From Escherichia coli (GTDB lineage: Bacteria; Pseudomonadota; Gammaproteobacteria; Enterobacterales; Enterobacteriaceae), in NCBI RefSeq assembly GCF_001677475.2, contig NZ_CP015229.1: a stretch of 64,000 nt of DNA, one strand, 5' to 3'. Shown here in pieces: positions 32,245-43,077 of this stretch (position 1 is its first letter; each line of letters starts with the position of its first letter). The translations under genes and the position numbers were made by a program. The notes under the pieces are model-generated. The model was not told where the DNA came from and ran no database searches. It saw only the letters and a list, made by a program, of their open reading frames with translations.

Positions 32245-34215
32245 ATGAACATTTCGGAAGTCGATCTGCATAAACTGACGGTCAGCGATCCGTTCCTCGG
32301 TCAGTACCAACAACTGGTCCGCGACGTGGTGATTCCTTATCAGTGGGATGCCTTGAACGATCGTATCCCAGAAGCGGAACCCAGCCATGCGATTGAAAAC
32401 TTTCGCATTGCCGCCGGACTTCAGGAGGGTGAATTTTACGGGATGGTGTTTCAGGACAGCGACGTCGCCAAATGGCTGGAAGCGGTAGCCTGGTCGCTGT
32501 GCCAGAAGCCGGACGCCGAACTGGAAAAAACCGCCGACGAGGTAATCGAACTGATCGCCTCCGCCCAATGCGAAGACGGCTATCTCAATACTTACTTTAC
32601 GGTAAAAGTACCCGAAGAACGCTGGAGCAATCTGGCGGAGTGTCATGAACTTTACTGCGCCGGTCATCTGATTGAAGCCGGAGTCGCCTTCTTCCAGGCC
32701 ACGGGCAAGCGGCGCTTGCTGGAAGTGGTTTGCCGTCTGGCCGATCATATCGACAGCGTATTTGGTCCAGATGAAAGTAAGTTACACGGTTACCCTGGTC
32801 ACCCGGAAATTGAACTGGCACTGATGCGTCTGTATGAAGTGACCGAAGAGCCGCGCTACCTGGCACTGACGAACTATTTTGTCGAACAGCGTGGTGCGCA
32901 ACCGCACTATTACGACCAGGAATATGAAAAGCGCGGGCAGACCTCGCACTGGCACACCTACGGCCCGGCGTGGATGGTGAAAGATAAAGCCTACAGCCAG
33001 GCGCATTTGCCCATCGCACAGCAACAAACCGCCATCGGACATGCAGTACGCTTTGTCTATCTGATGACCGGCGTCGCGCATCTCGCGCGTTTAAGTCACG
33101 ATGACAGCAAGCGTCAGGACTGCCTGCGGCTGTGGAACAATATGGCCCAGCGTCAGTTATATATTACCGGCGGCATTGGCTCGCAAAGCAGCGGCGAAGC
33201 GTTCACTAGCGATTACGATCTGCCGAATGACACGGTATACGCTGAAAGTTGCGCCTCCATCGGCCTGATGATGTTTGCCCGACGAATGCTGGAAATGGAA
33301 GGCGACAGTCAATATGCCGATGTGATGGAGCGCGCACTGTACAACACCGTGCTCGGCGGCATGGCGCTGGATGGCAAACATTTCTTCTATGTGAATCCGC
33401 TGGAAGTACATCCAAAATCGCTGAAATTCAACCATATCTACGATCACGTTAAACCGATCCGCCAGCGTTGGTTTGGCTGCGCTTGTTGTCCGCCAAATAT
33501 CGCCCGCGTGCTGACCTCGATTGGTCATTATCTCTACACGCCGCGTGAAGATGCGTTGTATATCAACATATACGCAGGAAACAGCATGGAAGTGCCGGTA
33601 GAAAATGGCACGCTGCGCCTGCGGGTTAGCGGGAACTATCCGTGGCAGGAGCAGGTGACGATTGCGGTTGAATCGCCCCAGCCGGTACGTCATACGCTGG
33701 CTTTACGTCTGCCGGACTGGTGCACACAGCCGCAGATCATATTGAATGGGGAAGAGGTCGAGCAGGATATTCGTAAAGGGTATTTGCACATTACCCGCGA
33801 ATGGCAGGAGGGCGATACGCTGAATCTGACTTTGCCGATGCCGGTACGCCGCGTTTACGGTAACCCGCTGGTGCGTCACGTCGCCGGAAAAGTGGCGATT
33901 CAGCGCGGCCCGCTGGTGTATTGCCTGGAACAGGCCGACAACGGCGAGTCACTGCATAATCTGTGGCTGCCCACCGATGCGCCATTTACGACATTTGAAG
34001 GCAAGGGATTGTTTAGCCATAAGATCTTAATCCAGGCACCGGGTTACCGGTATGAACAGAGCAATCCAGAGCAGCAACCGCTGTGGCATTACGACAGCGC
34101 GCCAGCCAAACGCCAGACGCAAACTCTGACCTTTATCCCGTGGTTTAGCTGGGCCAACCGGGGTGAAGGCGAAATGCGGATCTGGGTGAATGAGGAAAAG
34201 CATTGCCATCCGTAG
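32245..34215 (+). CDS. Glycoside hydrolase family 127 (DUF1680, beta-L-arabinofuranosidase-like) protein
   Basis: Start at ATG 32245 (AAGGAG Shine-Dalgarno at 32233..32238), 656 aa. Motifs E-S-C (YAESCASIG) and C-A-C-C-P-P-N (WFGCACCPPNIARVL) match what I recall of the Zn/Cys catalytic centre of GH127 enzymes. Immediately follows the GPH symporter. Confidence 0.75.
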   Translation: MNISEVDLHKLTVSDPFLGQYQQLVRDVVIPYQWDALNDRIPEAEPSHAIENFRIAAGLQEGEFYGMVFQDSDVAKWLEAVAWSLCQKPDAELEKTADEVIELIASAQCEDGYLNTYFTVKVPEERWSNLAECHELYCAGHLIEAGVAFFQATGKRRLLEVVCRLADHIDSVFGPDESKLHGYPGHPEIELALMRLYEVTEEPRYLALTNYFVEQRGAQPHYYDQEYEKRGQTSHWHTYGPAWMVKDKAYSQAHLPIAQQQTAIGHAVRFVYLMTGVAHLARLSHDDSKRQDCLRLWNNMAQRQLYITGGIGSQSSGEAFTSDYDLPNDTVYAESCASIGLMMFARRMLEMEGDSQYADVMERALYNTVLGGMALDGKHFFYVNPLEVHPKSLKFNHIYDHVKPIRQRWFGCACCPPNIARVLTSIGHYLYTPREDALYINIYAGNSMEVPVENGTLRLRVSGNYPWQEQVTIAVESPQPVRHTLALRLPDWCTQPQIILNGEEVEQDIRKGYLHITREWQEGDTLNLTLPMPVRRVYGNPLVRHVAGKVAIQRGPLVYCLEQADNGESLHNLWLPTDAPFTTFEGKGLFSHKILIQAPGYRYEQSNPEQQPLWHYDSAPAKRQTQTLTFIPWFSWANRGEGEMRIWVNEEKHCHP

Positions 34216-34217
34216 GT

Positions 34218-34293
34218 TGGATAAGGCACTCGCGCCGCATCCAACGTAAGGAGCACATTGCCTGATGCGACGCTTAACACGTCTTATCAGGCA
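34218..34293. repeat. REP-like palindromic elements
   Basis: GGTTGGATAAGGCACTCGCGCCGCATCCAAC and GCCTGATGCGACGCTTAACACGTCTTATCAGGC between the GH127 gene and yiaT. Confidence 0.7.
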
Positions 34294-34344
34294 TACAAGT
34301 CGGTGCGAGAGCGTAGGCCAGCCGCACCGACATCCACCGGTGAA

Positions 34345-35085
34345 TTAAAAACGCCAGCTCACGCCGGTGACAAAGGTAAAACTCTCATTACGATCAATCA
34401 TCGGGCTGTCGGTAATCTCTTCCGGCAGCTCGCTGTATCCTGCGCTCGCCATCAATACGACGTGCTCTCCTATCGGGTATTTTGCCGTCAGGCTGACATA
34501 GGGCACCCAGGAATCCTGCGCGGAATAACTTGCCAGACCGCTACGACGGGACTCACTCTCTGAAATGCCATAGTAATAGTCACTGAAATTCTCGTCATAA
34601 TAGAGAACGCCCAGCGCAGGTGTCAGCGACAGACGACCTATCTGCATTTTGTGGAATACCGATAGCTCCCCCACCCAGCCGTTGCTGTTATCCAGAACGT
34701 CCGCAGCTGCAGAGGCTTTCACGGTTCCCCAACGCTCGTGGTGATACCAGGCAACCCCCGCCATAGCCGTACTATCACGCTTATCAAGCTGTTGCATGGC
34801 ATAATCGTCATTATCGGCAGGGTCAAATTCCAGCGGCATCCAGGATGCGGTCAGGCTAAGTTCATTTTTTTCACTTTGCGACAGAATAAAACCTAACGTG
34901 GTCTGACGAACATAAAAAGAATCACCTTCATAACTAATCAGGGGAATTGCCTTTGTATTTTCATTATAACCGCGATAAGGCGATTCATTATAAGCCGCAC
35001 CGGCACCAATGGATAATTCAGAAGCAGTTGCGCTTGCCATAAAAGGCAACGCAAATAACGCCACAATATTGCGGTTAATTAACAT
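34345..35085 (-). CDS. yiaT: Outer-membrane protein YiaT (MipA/OmpV family)
   Basis: 246 aa; signal peptide (ALFALPFMASATASE); beta-strand-rich; C-terminal ...GVSWRF with terminal Phe typical of outer-membrane beta-barrels. Confidence 0.85.
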   Translation of the reverse strand: MLINRNIVALFALPFMASATASELSIGAGAAYNESPYRGYNENTKAIPLISYEGDSFYVRQTTLGFILSQSEKNELSLTASWMPLEFDPADNDDYAMQQLDKRDSTAMAGVAWYHHERWGTVKASAAADVLDNSNGWVGELSVFHKMQIGRLSLTPALGVLYYDENFSDYYYGISESESRRSGLASYSAQDSWVPYVSLTAKYPIGEHVVLMASAGYSELPEEITDSPMIDRNESFTFVTGVSWRF

Positions 35086-35208
35086 GTCCGGTATTCCATT
35101 TTAAAATAAGATAAAAAAGAGTCGGCATAGTAATGCTTACAATTTCTCCGGTGCAAGATTCATATTTATATAGTAATATATAAAATTATATATAATTGGG
35201 CTGTTGCG

Positions 35209-36183
35209 ATGACAAAATTACAACTTAAGTACCGGGAGTTAAAAATTATCTCGGTAATCGCTGCCAGTGAAAATATCAGCCATGCCGCGACTGTACTTGG
35301 CATCGCACAGGCCAACGTCAGCAAATATCTTGCTGATTTTGAATCAAAAGTAGGTTTAAAAGTCTTTGACCGAACCACCCGGCAACTGATGCTCACACCT
35401 TTTGGTACCGCGCTGTTGCCATACATCAATGACATGCTGGACAGAAACGAGCAGCTTAATAATTTTATTGCAGATTATAAGCATGAGAAACGTGGTCGGG
35501 TCACTATCTATGCACCAACCGGCATAATTACCTATTTATCCAAACATGTAATCGATAAAATTAAAGATATCGGTGATATCACCTTATCGCTAAAAACCTG
35601 CAATCTTGAGCGTAATGCCTTTTATGAAGGCGTCGAATTTCCCGATGATTGTGATGTTTTAATCAGCTACGCTCCACCAAAAGATGAATCGCTGGTTGCC
35701 AGTTTTATTACGCAATATGTCGTAACCGCTTATGCCAGCCAGCGCTATCTTGAGAAACATCACATTAGCCGTCCTGACGAACTCGAACATCACTCCTGTA
35801 TTTTGATCGACTCAATGATGATCGACGACGCGAATATCTGGCGCTTCAACGTCTCCGGGAGTAAAGAGGTGCGGGATTATCGTGTGAAGGGAAATTACGT
35901 TTGCGACAACACGCAATCGGCGCTGGAGCTGGCACGAAATCACCTGGGGATTGTGTTTGCGCCAGACAAAAGTGTGCAGAGCGATCTGCAAGACGGCACG
36001 CTGGTGCCCTGCTTTCAGCACCCGTATGAATGGTGGCTGGATCTGGTGGCTATCTTCCGTAAACGGGAATACCAGCCCTGGCGGGTCCAGTATGTGCTGG
36101 ATGAAATGCTGCGTGAAATTCGCCACCAGCTTGCTCAGTCGCAGCAACTGCGGCCTGAACAAGCGGCGGAAAGCGAAGATTAA
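35209..36183 (+). CDS. yiaU: LysR-family transcriptional regulator YiaU
   Basis: 324 aa; N-terminal LysR HTH (...[37 protein letters not shown]). Confidence 0.85.
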   Translation: MTKLQLKYRELKIISVIAASENISHAATVLGIAQANVSKYLADFESKVGLKVFDRTTRQLMLTPFGTALLPYINDMLDRNEQLNNFIADYKHEKRGRVTIYAPTGIITYLSKHVIDKIKDIGDITLSLKTCNLERNAFYEGVEFPDDCDVLISYAPPKDESLVASFITQYVVTAYASQRYLEKHHISRPDELEHHSCILIDSMMIDDANIWRFNVSGSKEVRDYRVKGNYVCDNTQSALELARNHLGIVFAPDKSVQSDLQDGTLVPCFQHPYEWWLDLVAIFRKREYQPWRVQYVLDEMLREIRHQLAQSQQLRPEQAAESED

Positions 36184-37316
36184 TGATCGAGATAAAGGTA
36201 ATGCACCCAGCTGGTCATGCGTAATAACACTTTGCGCATCACCGAGACATGGCTGAAATGATCGGAGTAGACCGCCACCTGGGCGTAAATACCGTCTGGT
36301 AAAGCGCTCAAATCAGTATGCTCATCCAGTTCAATGGTCGCGATAACGCCATCTGAACCCGGCGCTGTGTTTAACGTCTGTAAGGTACCGGTCGACTGAT
36401 AAGCTCCACCGGGAACAGCTGGACTAATGGCTGCCAGCTTACCGCTGAATACCTTACCTGGCAGAGCATTAAACACCACTTCCGCATCGTCACCAGGAGC
36501 CAGTCGCAGCAAGGAGTTCTGACGGAACTGCGCCACGATTTGTCGTTTCTGATCGGGTATAAACACCATCACCGGACGTAGCGGCAGCGACGCGGCATAG
36601 GTACCCGGACGAATCAGGACCTGGGCCACGTAACCATCGCTCGGCGCACGCACTATCGTCTGCTCAAGGTTATATTTTGCTTCCGCGAGCTGCGCTTTCA
36701 GGCTGGCGATTAGAGAATGTTCACCCAACACCAGGCTATCCAGCTGGCTCTGGACCTGTTTTTGTTCCGCCGCCGATGACTTTACGGAGGCTTCCTGCGC
36801 CAGATAATTTTGCCGCGCCACATCAATATCGCGTTCTGAAAACGGGTTTACTTTCGCCTGGCTGCCGCGTGCGTAACGCTGATACTCTTTAGCGAATTTA
36901 TCCCGCGTGGCCTTTGCCTGCTGAGTATTCGCCGCCATCTCATCTAACTCTGCGCCCAACGCCCGCTGTTTATGTTCTGCGGTAACGATATCCGCCATCA
37001 GCCGATCCACCCGCGCCTGATAACGCGTCGGGTCCAGTCGAAAAAGCACCTCGCCTTTTTTAATCAGCGTATTTTTCTTATCCGTCACTTCAATCACCAC
37101 GCCTGTCACCTGTGGGACAACAGGGATGGAAATAACCGCTTTTTGCGCTTTAAAGGTATACGGATGGTTATAGTTCATTAACAGAATTAAACCGCTGACA
37201 ATAAATATTCCCCCCAGGGCCGCTGTGGGAATGGTCCATTTATTTACAGGAATTTTGAAGATCTTAAACATTGCCCATGCGAAAGCCACATAGGTCAAGA
37301 TAATCAGTAAATCCAT
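36180..37316 (-). CDS. yiaV: HlyD-family membrane-fusion-type protein YiaV (no adjacent transporter)
   Basis: 378 aa; N-terminal transmembrane helix, long coiled-coil middle, C-terminal beta domain. Roughly three-quarters identical (by eye) to the ORF at 45242..46378 (yibH). 3' end overlaps yiaU by 4 nt, convergently. Confidence 0.85.
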   Translation of the reverse strand: MDLLIILTYVAFAWAMFKIFKIPVNKWTIPTAALGGIFIVSGLILLMNYNHPYTFKAQKAVISIPVVPQVTGVVIEVTDKKNTLIKKGEVLFRLDPTRYQARVDRLMADIVTAEHKQRALGAELDEMAANTQQAKATRDKFAKEYQRYARGSQAKVNPFSERDIDVARQNYLAQEASVKSSAAEQKQVQSQLDSLVLGEHSLIASLKAQLAEAKYNLEQTIVRAPSDGYVAQVLIRPGTYAASLPLRPVMVFIPDQKRQIVAQFRQNSLLRLAPGDDAEVVFNALPGKVFSGKLAAISPAVPGGAYQSTGTLQTLNTAPGSDGVIATIELDEHTDLSALPDGIYAQVAVYSDHFSHVSVMRKVLLRMTSWVHYLYLDH

Positions 37317-37321
37317 AAGTA

Positions 37322-37645
37322 TTACTCGGCAGAAGAGGATTTGATGTCGGCGAGCTGTTTCTCCAGCCCGGCAATACGCTGTTGTAGTTGCACAACGGAG
37401 GAGTCATGGTTTTGCATTCCCCATCCCCGCTCCGGGCGGTAAAGCGTGGCCCAAATCCACAAAAATGGCCAGATAACATGCAGCGTAAAAAGACTCACCC
37501 AACCAGCGACATGAATGGCGTCGGCATGAGGATGATTACGTTTTTTAGCAATCAGGTAGGGAATATCATGTAAAATAATAATCCCATAGAATATCACCAG
37601 AAATACAAAAATAAGCACTCCCAGTGCAAAATAATCCAGGAACAT
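37322..37645 (-). CDS. yiaW: Small inner-membrane protein YiaW (DUF3302-type, two transmembrane helices plus C-terminal coiled coil)
   Basis: Start at ATG 37645 ([45 protein letters not shown]...), 107 aa, Shine-Dalgarno GAGGGA; stop lies 5 nt from the yiaV start; paralog of yibI. Confidence 0.8.
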   Translation of the reverse strand: MFLDYFALGVLIFVFLVIFYGIIILHDIPYLIAKKRNHPHADAIHVAGWVSLFTLHVIWPFLWIWATLYRPERGWGMQNHDSSVVQLQQRIAGLEKQLADIKSSSAE

Positions 37646-38075
37646 ATTTCCCTCAGAGAATATAAAAAAGAACAATTAACGCATATTATGAAATGCCATG
37701 ATGCAGTGCAATTTCCTTATTTATATAACGACATATTGTTTTTTATATACTTTCTGAAGTGTGCTGCCTGGCTTTTCAGCAGGTCGAGGCTTATCATATT
37801 GAAATAATGGAACTATTGACAAAACTAATGAATAACTCCAGTAAAACATCCACAGTACAGATAAAGCGTATTAAACCTTCAATTATCTACCGTTTATTGC
37901 TGATTGGCCTCGGAACACCAATGGTGATTTACGGCCTGGTTCGCCCGCTCACCATCGAAACGCGAGATTAAACTCCTGGCAAAACACGCCCCAGAAACGC
38001 ACTTCTGTTGGCGTAGTCTGGGTTATTGCGCACGTAGGTTTAAAACGTAAATTGTAACAAAGTGCGCTTTGTTTA

Positions 38076-38158
38076 TGCCGGATGCGGCGTGTACGCCTTA
38101 TCCGGCCTACGGTCAGGTCCCCGTAGGCATGATAAGACGCGTAAGCGTCGCATCAGGC
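38076..38158. repeat. BIME: pair of inverted REP elements
   Basis: GCCGGATGCGGCGTGTACGCCTTATCCGGCCTAC and GTAGGCATGATAAGACGCGTAAGCGTCGCATCAGGC. Confidence 0.85.
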
Positions 38159-38189
38159 AATGAATACCCAATGCGACCAGCTTCTTATA

Positions 38190-39728
38190 TCAGAACAGCC
38201 CCAACGGTTTATCCGAGTAGCTCACCAGCAGACACTTGGTTTGCTGATAATGCTCCAGCATCATCTTATGGGTTTCGCGTCCGATGCCCGACTGTTTGTA
38301 GCCGCCAAACGCCGCATGTGCCGGGTAAGCGTGATAACAGTTGGTCCACACGCGCCCGGCCTGAATGCCGCGCCCCATCTTATAGGCCAGATTACCGTTG
38401 CGGCTCCAGACGCCCGCGCCCAGGCCATATTGCGTGTCATTCGCCAGCTCCAGCGCCTCTTCCATCGTTTTGAAGGTGGTCACCGCCAGCACCGGGCCAA
38501 ATATCTCTTCCTGGAACACACGCATATTGTTCTGACCAAACAGAATCGTCGGTTCGAGGTAGTAGCCGTCTTTCAGTTCGCCTTCCAGCAGCTTGCGCCG
38601 CCCGCCGGTAAGCACATCTGCGCCCTCTTTTTTGCCGATATCAATGTAATTGAGGATGGTTTCCAGTTGCCCGTGAGATACCTGCGCGCCCATTTGCGTC
38701 ACGCTGTCGAGCGGGTTACCGCTACGAATGCTTTCAACACGACGGATGGCGCGTTCCATAAAGCGTTCGTAGATAGACTCCTGCACTAAAGCACGGCTTG
38801 GACAGGTGCAAACTTCGCCCTGGTTGAAGGCGAACAATGCAAAGCCCTCCAGCGCCTTATCGAAGAAAGCATCTTCTTCATCCATCACATCGGCAAAGAA
38901 GATATTTGGCGACTTACCGCCCAACTCCAGCGTCACCGGAATAATATTTTGCGTGGCGTACTGCATAATCTGCTGACCGACTTCCGTTGAGCCGGTAAAC
39001 GCCACTTTGGCGATACGTTTTGAGGTCGCCAGATATTCACCTATTTCGCCGCCCGCACCGTTGACCACGTTCACCACGCCTGGCGGCAGTAAATCACCGA
39101 CGATCTCCATCAAAAGCAACACTGAAAGCGGGGTAAGTCGTGCGGGTTTTAGCACCACGCAGTTGCCCGCCGCCAGCGCGGGAGCCATTTTCCAGCTCGC
39201 CATCAGCAACGGGAAGTTCCACGGGATAATCTGCCCCACCACGCCTAACGGTTCGTGGAAGTGATAAGCCACAGTTTCGCTATCGACTTCACTGATCCCA
39301 CCTTCCTGCGCCCGAATACACGAGGCGAAATAGCGGAAATGGTCAATCGCCAGCGGCACATCGGCAGCACTGGTTTCGCGGATGGGCTTGCCGTTATCCC
39401 AGGTTTCTGCCGTCGCTAACAGTTCGAGGTTCTGCTCCATCCGATCGGCAATCTTAAACAGAATCGCCGCGCGATCCTGCACCGAGGTATGCGCCCATTT
39501 GTCTTTCACTTTATGCGCGGCATCCAGCGCCAGATCGATGTCGCGTTTGCCCGAAGACGCCACTTCGCACAGTAGCTGCCCGGTCACCGGCGTCAGGTTC
39601 TGGTAATACTCGCCGTCGGCGGGTGCTACCCATTCGCCGCCGATAAAGTTGTCATAGCGAGCTTTTAACTTGAGGGGGAAACCATACTCGCCGGGCTTAA
39701 TCTGTGCTGAAGGGGGATTGTTGGTCAT
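38190..39728 (-). CDS. aldB: Aldehyde dehydrogenase B (NADP-dependent)
   Basis: Start at internal ATG 39728 ([28 protein letters not shown]...), 512 aa; ALDH motifs including catalytic Cys in GEVCTCPSR and Glu in LELGGKSP. Confidence 0.93.
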   Translation of the reverse strand: MTNNPPSAQIKPGEYGFPLKLKARYDNFIGGEWVAPADGEYYQNLTPVTGQLLCEVASSGKRDIDLALDAAHKVKDKWAHTSVQDRAAILFKIADRMEQNLELLATAETWDNGKPIRETSAADVPLAIDHFRYFASCIRAQEGGISEVDSETVAYHFHEPLGVVGQIIPWNFPLLMASWKMAPALAAGNCVVLKPARLTPLSVLLLMEIVGDLLPPGVVNVVNGAGGEIGEYLATSKRIAKVAFTGSTEVGQQIMQYATQNIIPVTLELGGKSPNIFFADVMDEEDAFFDKALEGFALFAFNQGEVCTCPSRALVQESIYERFMERAIRRVESIRSGNPLDSVTQMGAQVSHGQLETILNYIDIGKKEGADVLTGGRRKLLEGELKDGYYLEPTILFGQNNMRVFQEEIFGPVLAVTTFKTMEEALELANDTQYGLGAGVWSRNGNLAYKMGRGIQAGRVWTNCYHAYPAHAAFGGYKQSGIGRETHKMMLEHYQQTKCLLVSYSDKPLGLF

Positions 39729-39892
39729 GATCGTCTCCTTGCGGTGTGAGGTATAACAAGGGTAGACGTGACTGGCGAAATCTTCGCCAGCCGGTGACAG
39801 CTTTACGACGGCAATCACGAATTTACGGGCAAGGATTACAGAGATAATTGAAAAATCGGCTGACAATTTGCCAGCCGTTGTGGGAATGATGA

Positions 39893-41044
39893 TTACATCG
39901 CAGCGCGATAAATCGCCACAATTTCTTCGTGAGTTGCCTGAATCGGGTTAGTAAATCCGCAGGCATCTTTCAGAGCATTGGTCGCCAGTACCGCGAAATC
40001 TTCTTCTTTCACGTTCAGATCGCGCAGACCTGCCGGAATATCGACTTTCTTCGCCAGTTCACGGATAGCGTTAATGCAGGCTTCTGCACCTTCCGCGTCG
40101 TTTTTACCTGTCACGTTCACGCCCATTGCAGCAGCGCAGTCACGCAGACGTGCGGCAGCTACTTTGCTGTTGAATACCTGAACGTGCGGCAGCAGAACGG
40201 CGTTACATACACCGTGCGGCAGGTTGTAGAAACCGCCTAACTGGTGCGCCATCGCATGAACATAACCCAAAGACGCATTGTTGAACGCCATACCGGCGAG
40301 GAACTGGGCATAAGCCATCGCTTCACGCGCTTTCGCATTGCTGCCATCTTCTACGGCTAACGGCAGGTTTTCGGCAATCATGGTCACGGCTTTCAGTGCG
40401 CAAGCGTCAGTGATCGGCGTTGCGGCAATAGACACATACGCTTCGATAGCGTGTGTTAAGGCATCCATACCCGTTGCAGCGGTCAGTGACTTCGGCATAC
40501 CGATCATCAGAGAGGAGTCATTGACAGAAAGCAGCGGAGTCACGTGTTTATCCACAATCGCCATTTTGATGTGGCGCGCTTCGTCAGTGATAATGCAGAA
40601 ACGGGTCATTTCAGACGCAGTACCCGCCGTGGTGTTGATGGCGATCATCGGCAACTGCGGTTTTGCAGAGCGGTCAACGCCTTCGTAATCGCGAATATCA
40701 CCGCCGTTGGCTGCCACCAGCGCAATGCCTTTCGCACAATCGTGCGGAGAACCACCACCTAAGGAAATCACGCTATCGCAATTATTTTCTTTCAGCAGTT
40801 TGAGGCCTGCGGCGACGTTTTCCGTAGTTGGGTTAGGCTGGGTGCCATCATAAATAACGCTAAAAATATTGCGTTCTTCCAGTGCTTTTTGCACATCGCC
40901 CGCCATACCTAATTTCGTTAAAATATTGTCAGTAACAATTAATGTACGGGTAAAGCCATAGTCTGCCATCATATTCATTGCATCATTCAATGAATCAGCG
41001 CCGATGACATTCACTGAAGGAATAAAAAAGGTTGAAGCTGCCAT
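39893..41044 (-). CDS. yiaY: Iron-containing (group III) alcohol dehydrogenase YiaY
   Basis: 383 aa; Fe-ADH family pattern ([11 protein letters not shown]; conserved His residues in ...HAIEAYV... and ...HAMAHQLGG...). Confidence 0.88.
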   Translation of the reverse strand: MAASTFFIPSVNVIGADSLNDAMNMMADYGFTRTLIVTDNILTKLGMAGDVQKALEERNIFSVIYDGTQPNPTTENVAAGLKLLKENNCDSVISLGGGSPHDCAKGIALVAANGGDIRDYEGVDRSAKPQLPMIAINTTAGTASEMTRFCIITDEARHIKMAIVDKHVTPLLSVNDSSLMIGMPKSLTAATGMDALTHAIEAYVSIAATPITDACALKAVTMIAENLPLAVEDGSNAKAREAMAYAQFLAGMAFNNASLGYVHAMAHQLGGFYNLPHGVCNAVLLPHVQVFNSKVAAARLRDCAAAMGVNVTGKNDAEGAEACINAIRELAKKVDIPAGLRDLNVKEEDFAVLATNALKDACGFTNPIQATHEEIVAIYRAAM

Positions 41045-41232
41045 AAAACACTCCTGGAAGAGTAAAAAGGGCTGGCAGATTACAAAGTATTTTCATTCGG
41101 AAATATGATCAACATTACCGTTTATCAAAATATTTTTAATAAAAAGCACGTTACATTCATCAAATAACGTGCTTCTTTAATATTAATAAGAATTTTGTAT
41201 TAATTCATATTTATTATGAATTAATCATTTCC

Positions 41233-43077
41233 TTATTTTTCGGGAAATAATAATGCATCGCGCAATAAATGATCATTTCCACGACGCCGCGTAAAGCCAA
41301 TGCGGTCAAAATATTCCAGAATCTGAATTGCCAGCTTTCGGCCTACACCTAAGCGATCGCGGAAATCCGCCGCGCAGGTTGAGCCACATTCCTGATCGAG
41401 ATCGCGGATCATATTGGCAAATTCAACAATCCGATCATTACGGTAATAACGATCTTTGACGATCGCCGTAATTATCCCCTGCTGTGCCGCCTGGCGTAGC
41501 GTCAAGCGCATTGCCTGCTCGTCGGTTCCCGTCTCTTTTGCCAGGTCACGCACCCACCACGGCTCGTCACCAAACAGCGGCTCTGCTTTTTGCCAGATGG
41601 CCTGCTGCTCTTCGCTGAAGCCCGCTTTGTGATCCGGCAGATGCAGCCAGCCGTGATGACTGAGGATGTCGCCGCTTTCGCGCATCTTTTCAATCAGCAA
41701 CAGTACCAGCGCTTCATCTTCCATTGGCAACGCCATACGTCGCAGACGTTCGCGCCCAGGACCAGGTTCATCGCGATGTTGCTCATGATAAGTCGCTAAT
41801 GTGTCGAGAATTTTCCGCTGCCAGCGGGCGGCAACCGGCGCATTCAACAAGCTATAACCAGCCTGAATATAGCCAGGCTGTTGCAATAGTTCGCGCATCC
41901 CTTCGCCGTTGAGCTGCCGTGCCCAGGCGAAATCGGCAAGGTTAACCGCGCCGCGTTCCAGATGAACAGATAACGCATCGGCATCGCTCTGCGCCCGTGC
42001 CAGTGACGCCAGCCATTGCAGATATTCCGGCTTACGTTTACCGCGACGCGGCGGGTTAAGCATCACCACACGCGCCCCCGCCAGCGTGTTGCGGGCCGAG
42101 ATATCGCGCAGCACTAAGCGATCGTTATCCGCCAGCCACAGCGGCGTGTCGAACACCAGCTCGGCAAGGTTATCTTCCAGCAGCGAAACGCGCCCCGTAA
42201 CATGGCTGGCGGCGTGGTGAATATGCAGCGGCTGCCACTGGGTCAGCGGTGTATGAGTTTGAAGCTCGACAATCACCCGTGTGAACGGCTCTGGCGGCAC
42301 ATCGGCAAGCAGCCAGTCGCCACGGTTAATCTGCTCTTTTTCCGCATCACCCGCGATGTTAAGTGCGATACGCTGCCCGGCATGGGCGGTTTCTGTTGGC
42401 TGGTTTTGCGCATGCAGCGCACGTACACGCATCGATTTATTTACACCAGTCAGCCATAGTGAATCGCCTACCTTCACTTCCCCGCTTAACGCCGTACCGG
42501 TGACGACCAGCCCGGCACCTTTTACAGTAAATGCGCGGTCGATCGCGAGGCGGAAACTATGTTGGCTGGCGTGTTCACGTTCTGGTAACTGAAGCAGATG
42601 CTCGCGCAGGGCATCAATTCCCCGACCTTCGGTTGCTGCGGTGATAAACAGTTTTGCCTCAGCAAAACCGTATTCCCGCAGCACCTCCTTTACCTGGCGT
42701 TCAACCTCATCAACACGCGCTTCGTCCACGCGATCGGCTTTGGTCAGCGCCACTGTCAGCATCGGGTTACCAGTCAGCTGCAAAATCGCCAGATGCTCAC
42801 GGGTCTGTGCCATCACGCCGTCATCGCACGCCACCACCAACAGCGCGTGATCGATACCACCAACGCCCGCCAGCATGTTGGAAAGAAACTTTTCATGACC
42901 GGGAACGTCGATAAAACCAGGCACGCGGCCATCCGGCTGCGGCCAGTAGGCATAACCGAGATCGATGGTCATGCCGCGCTTTTTTTCTTCCGGCAGACGG
43001 TCGGCATTTACGCCAGTAATCGCCTGCAATAAGGTTGTTTTGCCGTGGTCAACGTGTCCGGCAGTCGCAATAATCAT
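41233..43077 (-). CDS. selB: Selenocysteine-specific translation elongation factor
   Basis: 614 aa; GTPase G1 motif GHVDHGKT at the N-terminus; C-terminal extension; 4-nt overlap with selA. Confidence 0.95.
   Translation of the reverse strand: MIIATAGHVDHGKTTLLQAITGVNADRLPEEKKRGMTIDLGYAYWPQPDGRVPGFIDVPGHEKFLSNMLAGVGGIDHALLVVACDDGVMAQTREHLAILQLTGNPMLTVALTKADRVDEARVDEVERQVKEVLREYGFAEAKLFITAATEGRGIDALREHLLQLPEREHASQHSFRLAIDRAFTVKGAGLVVTGTALSGEVKVGDSLWLTGVNKSMRVRALHAQNQPTETAHAGQRIALNIAGDAEKEQINRGDWLLADVPPEPFTRVIVELQTHTPLTQWQPLHIHHAASHVTGRVSLLEDNLAELVFDTPLWLADNDRLVLRDISARNTLAGARVVMLNPPRRGKRKPEYLQWLASLARAQSDADALSVHLERGAVNLADFAWARQLNGEGMRELLQQPGYIQAGYSLLNAPVAARWQRKILDTLATYHEQHRDEPGPGRERLRRMALPMEDEALVLLLIEKMRESGDILSHHGWLHLPDHKAGFSEEQQAIWQKAEPLFGDEPWWVRDLAKETGTDEQAMRLTLRQAAQQGIITAIVKDRYYRNDRIVEFANMIRDLDQECGSTCAADFRDRLGVGRKLAIQILEYFDRIGFTRRRGNDHLLRDALLFPEK

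Noticed and set aside
37759-37971. 70-codon plus-strand ORF between yiaW and aldB with a hydrophobic C-terminal segment
   Set aside because: Begins with GTG and has no Shine-Dalgarno; the internal ATGs also lack ribosome-binding sites; rare codons (ATA) are frequent. Most likely non-coding spacer, though a small membrane peptide cannot be fully excluded.
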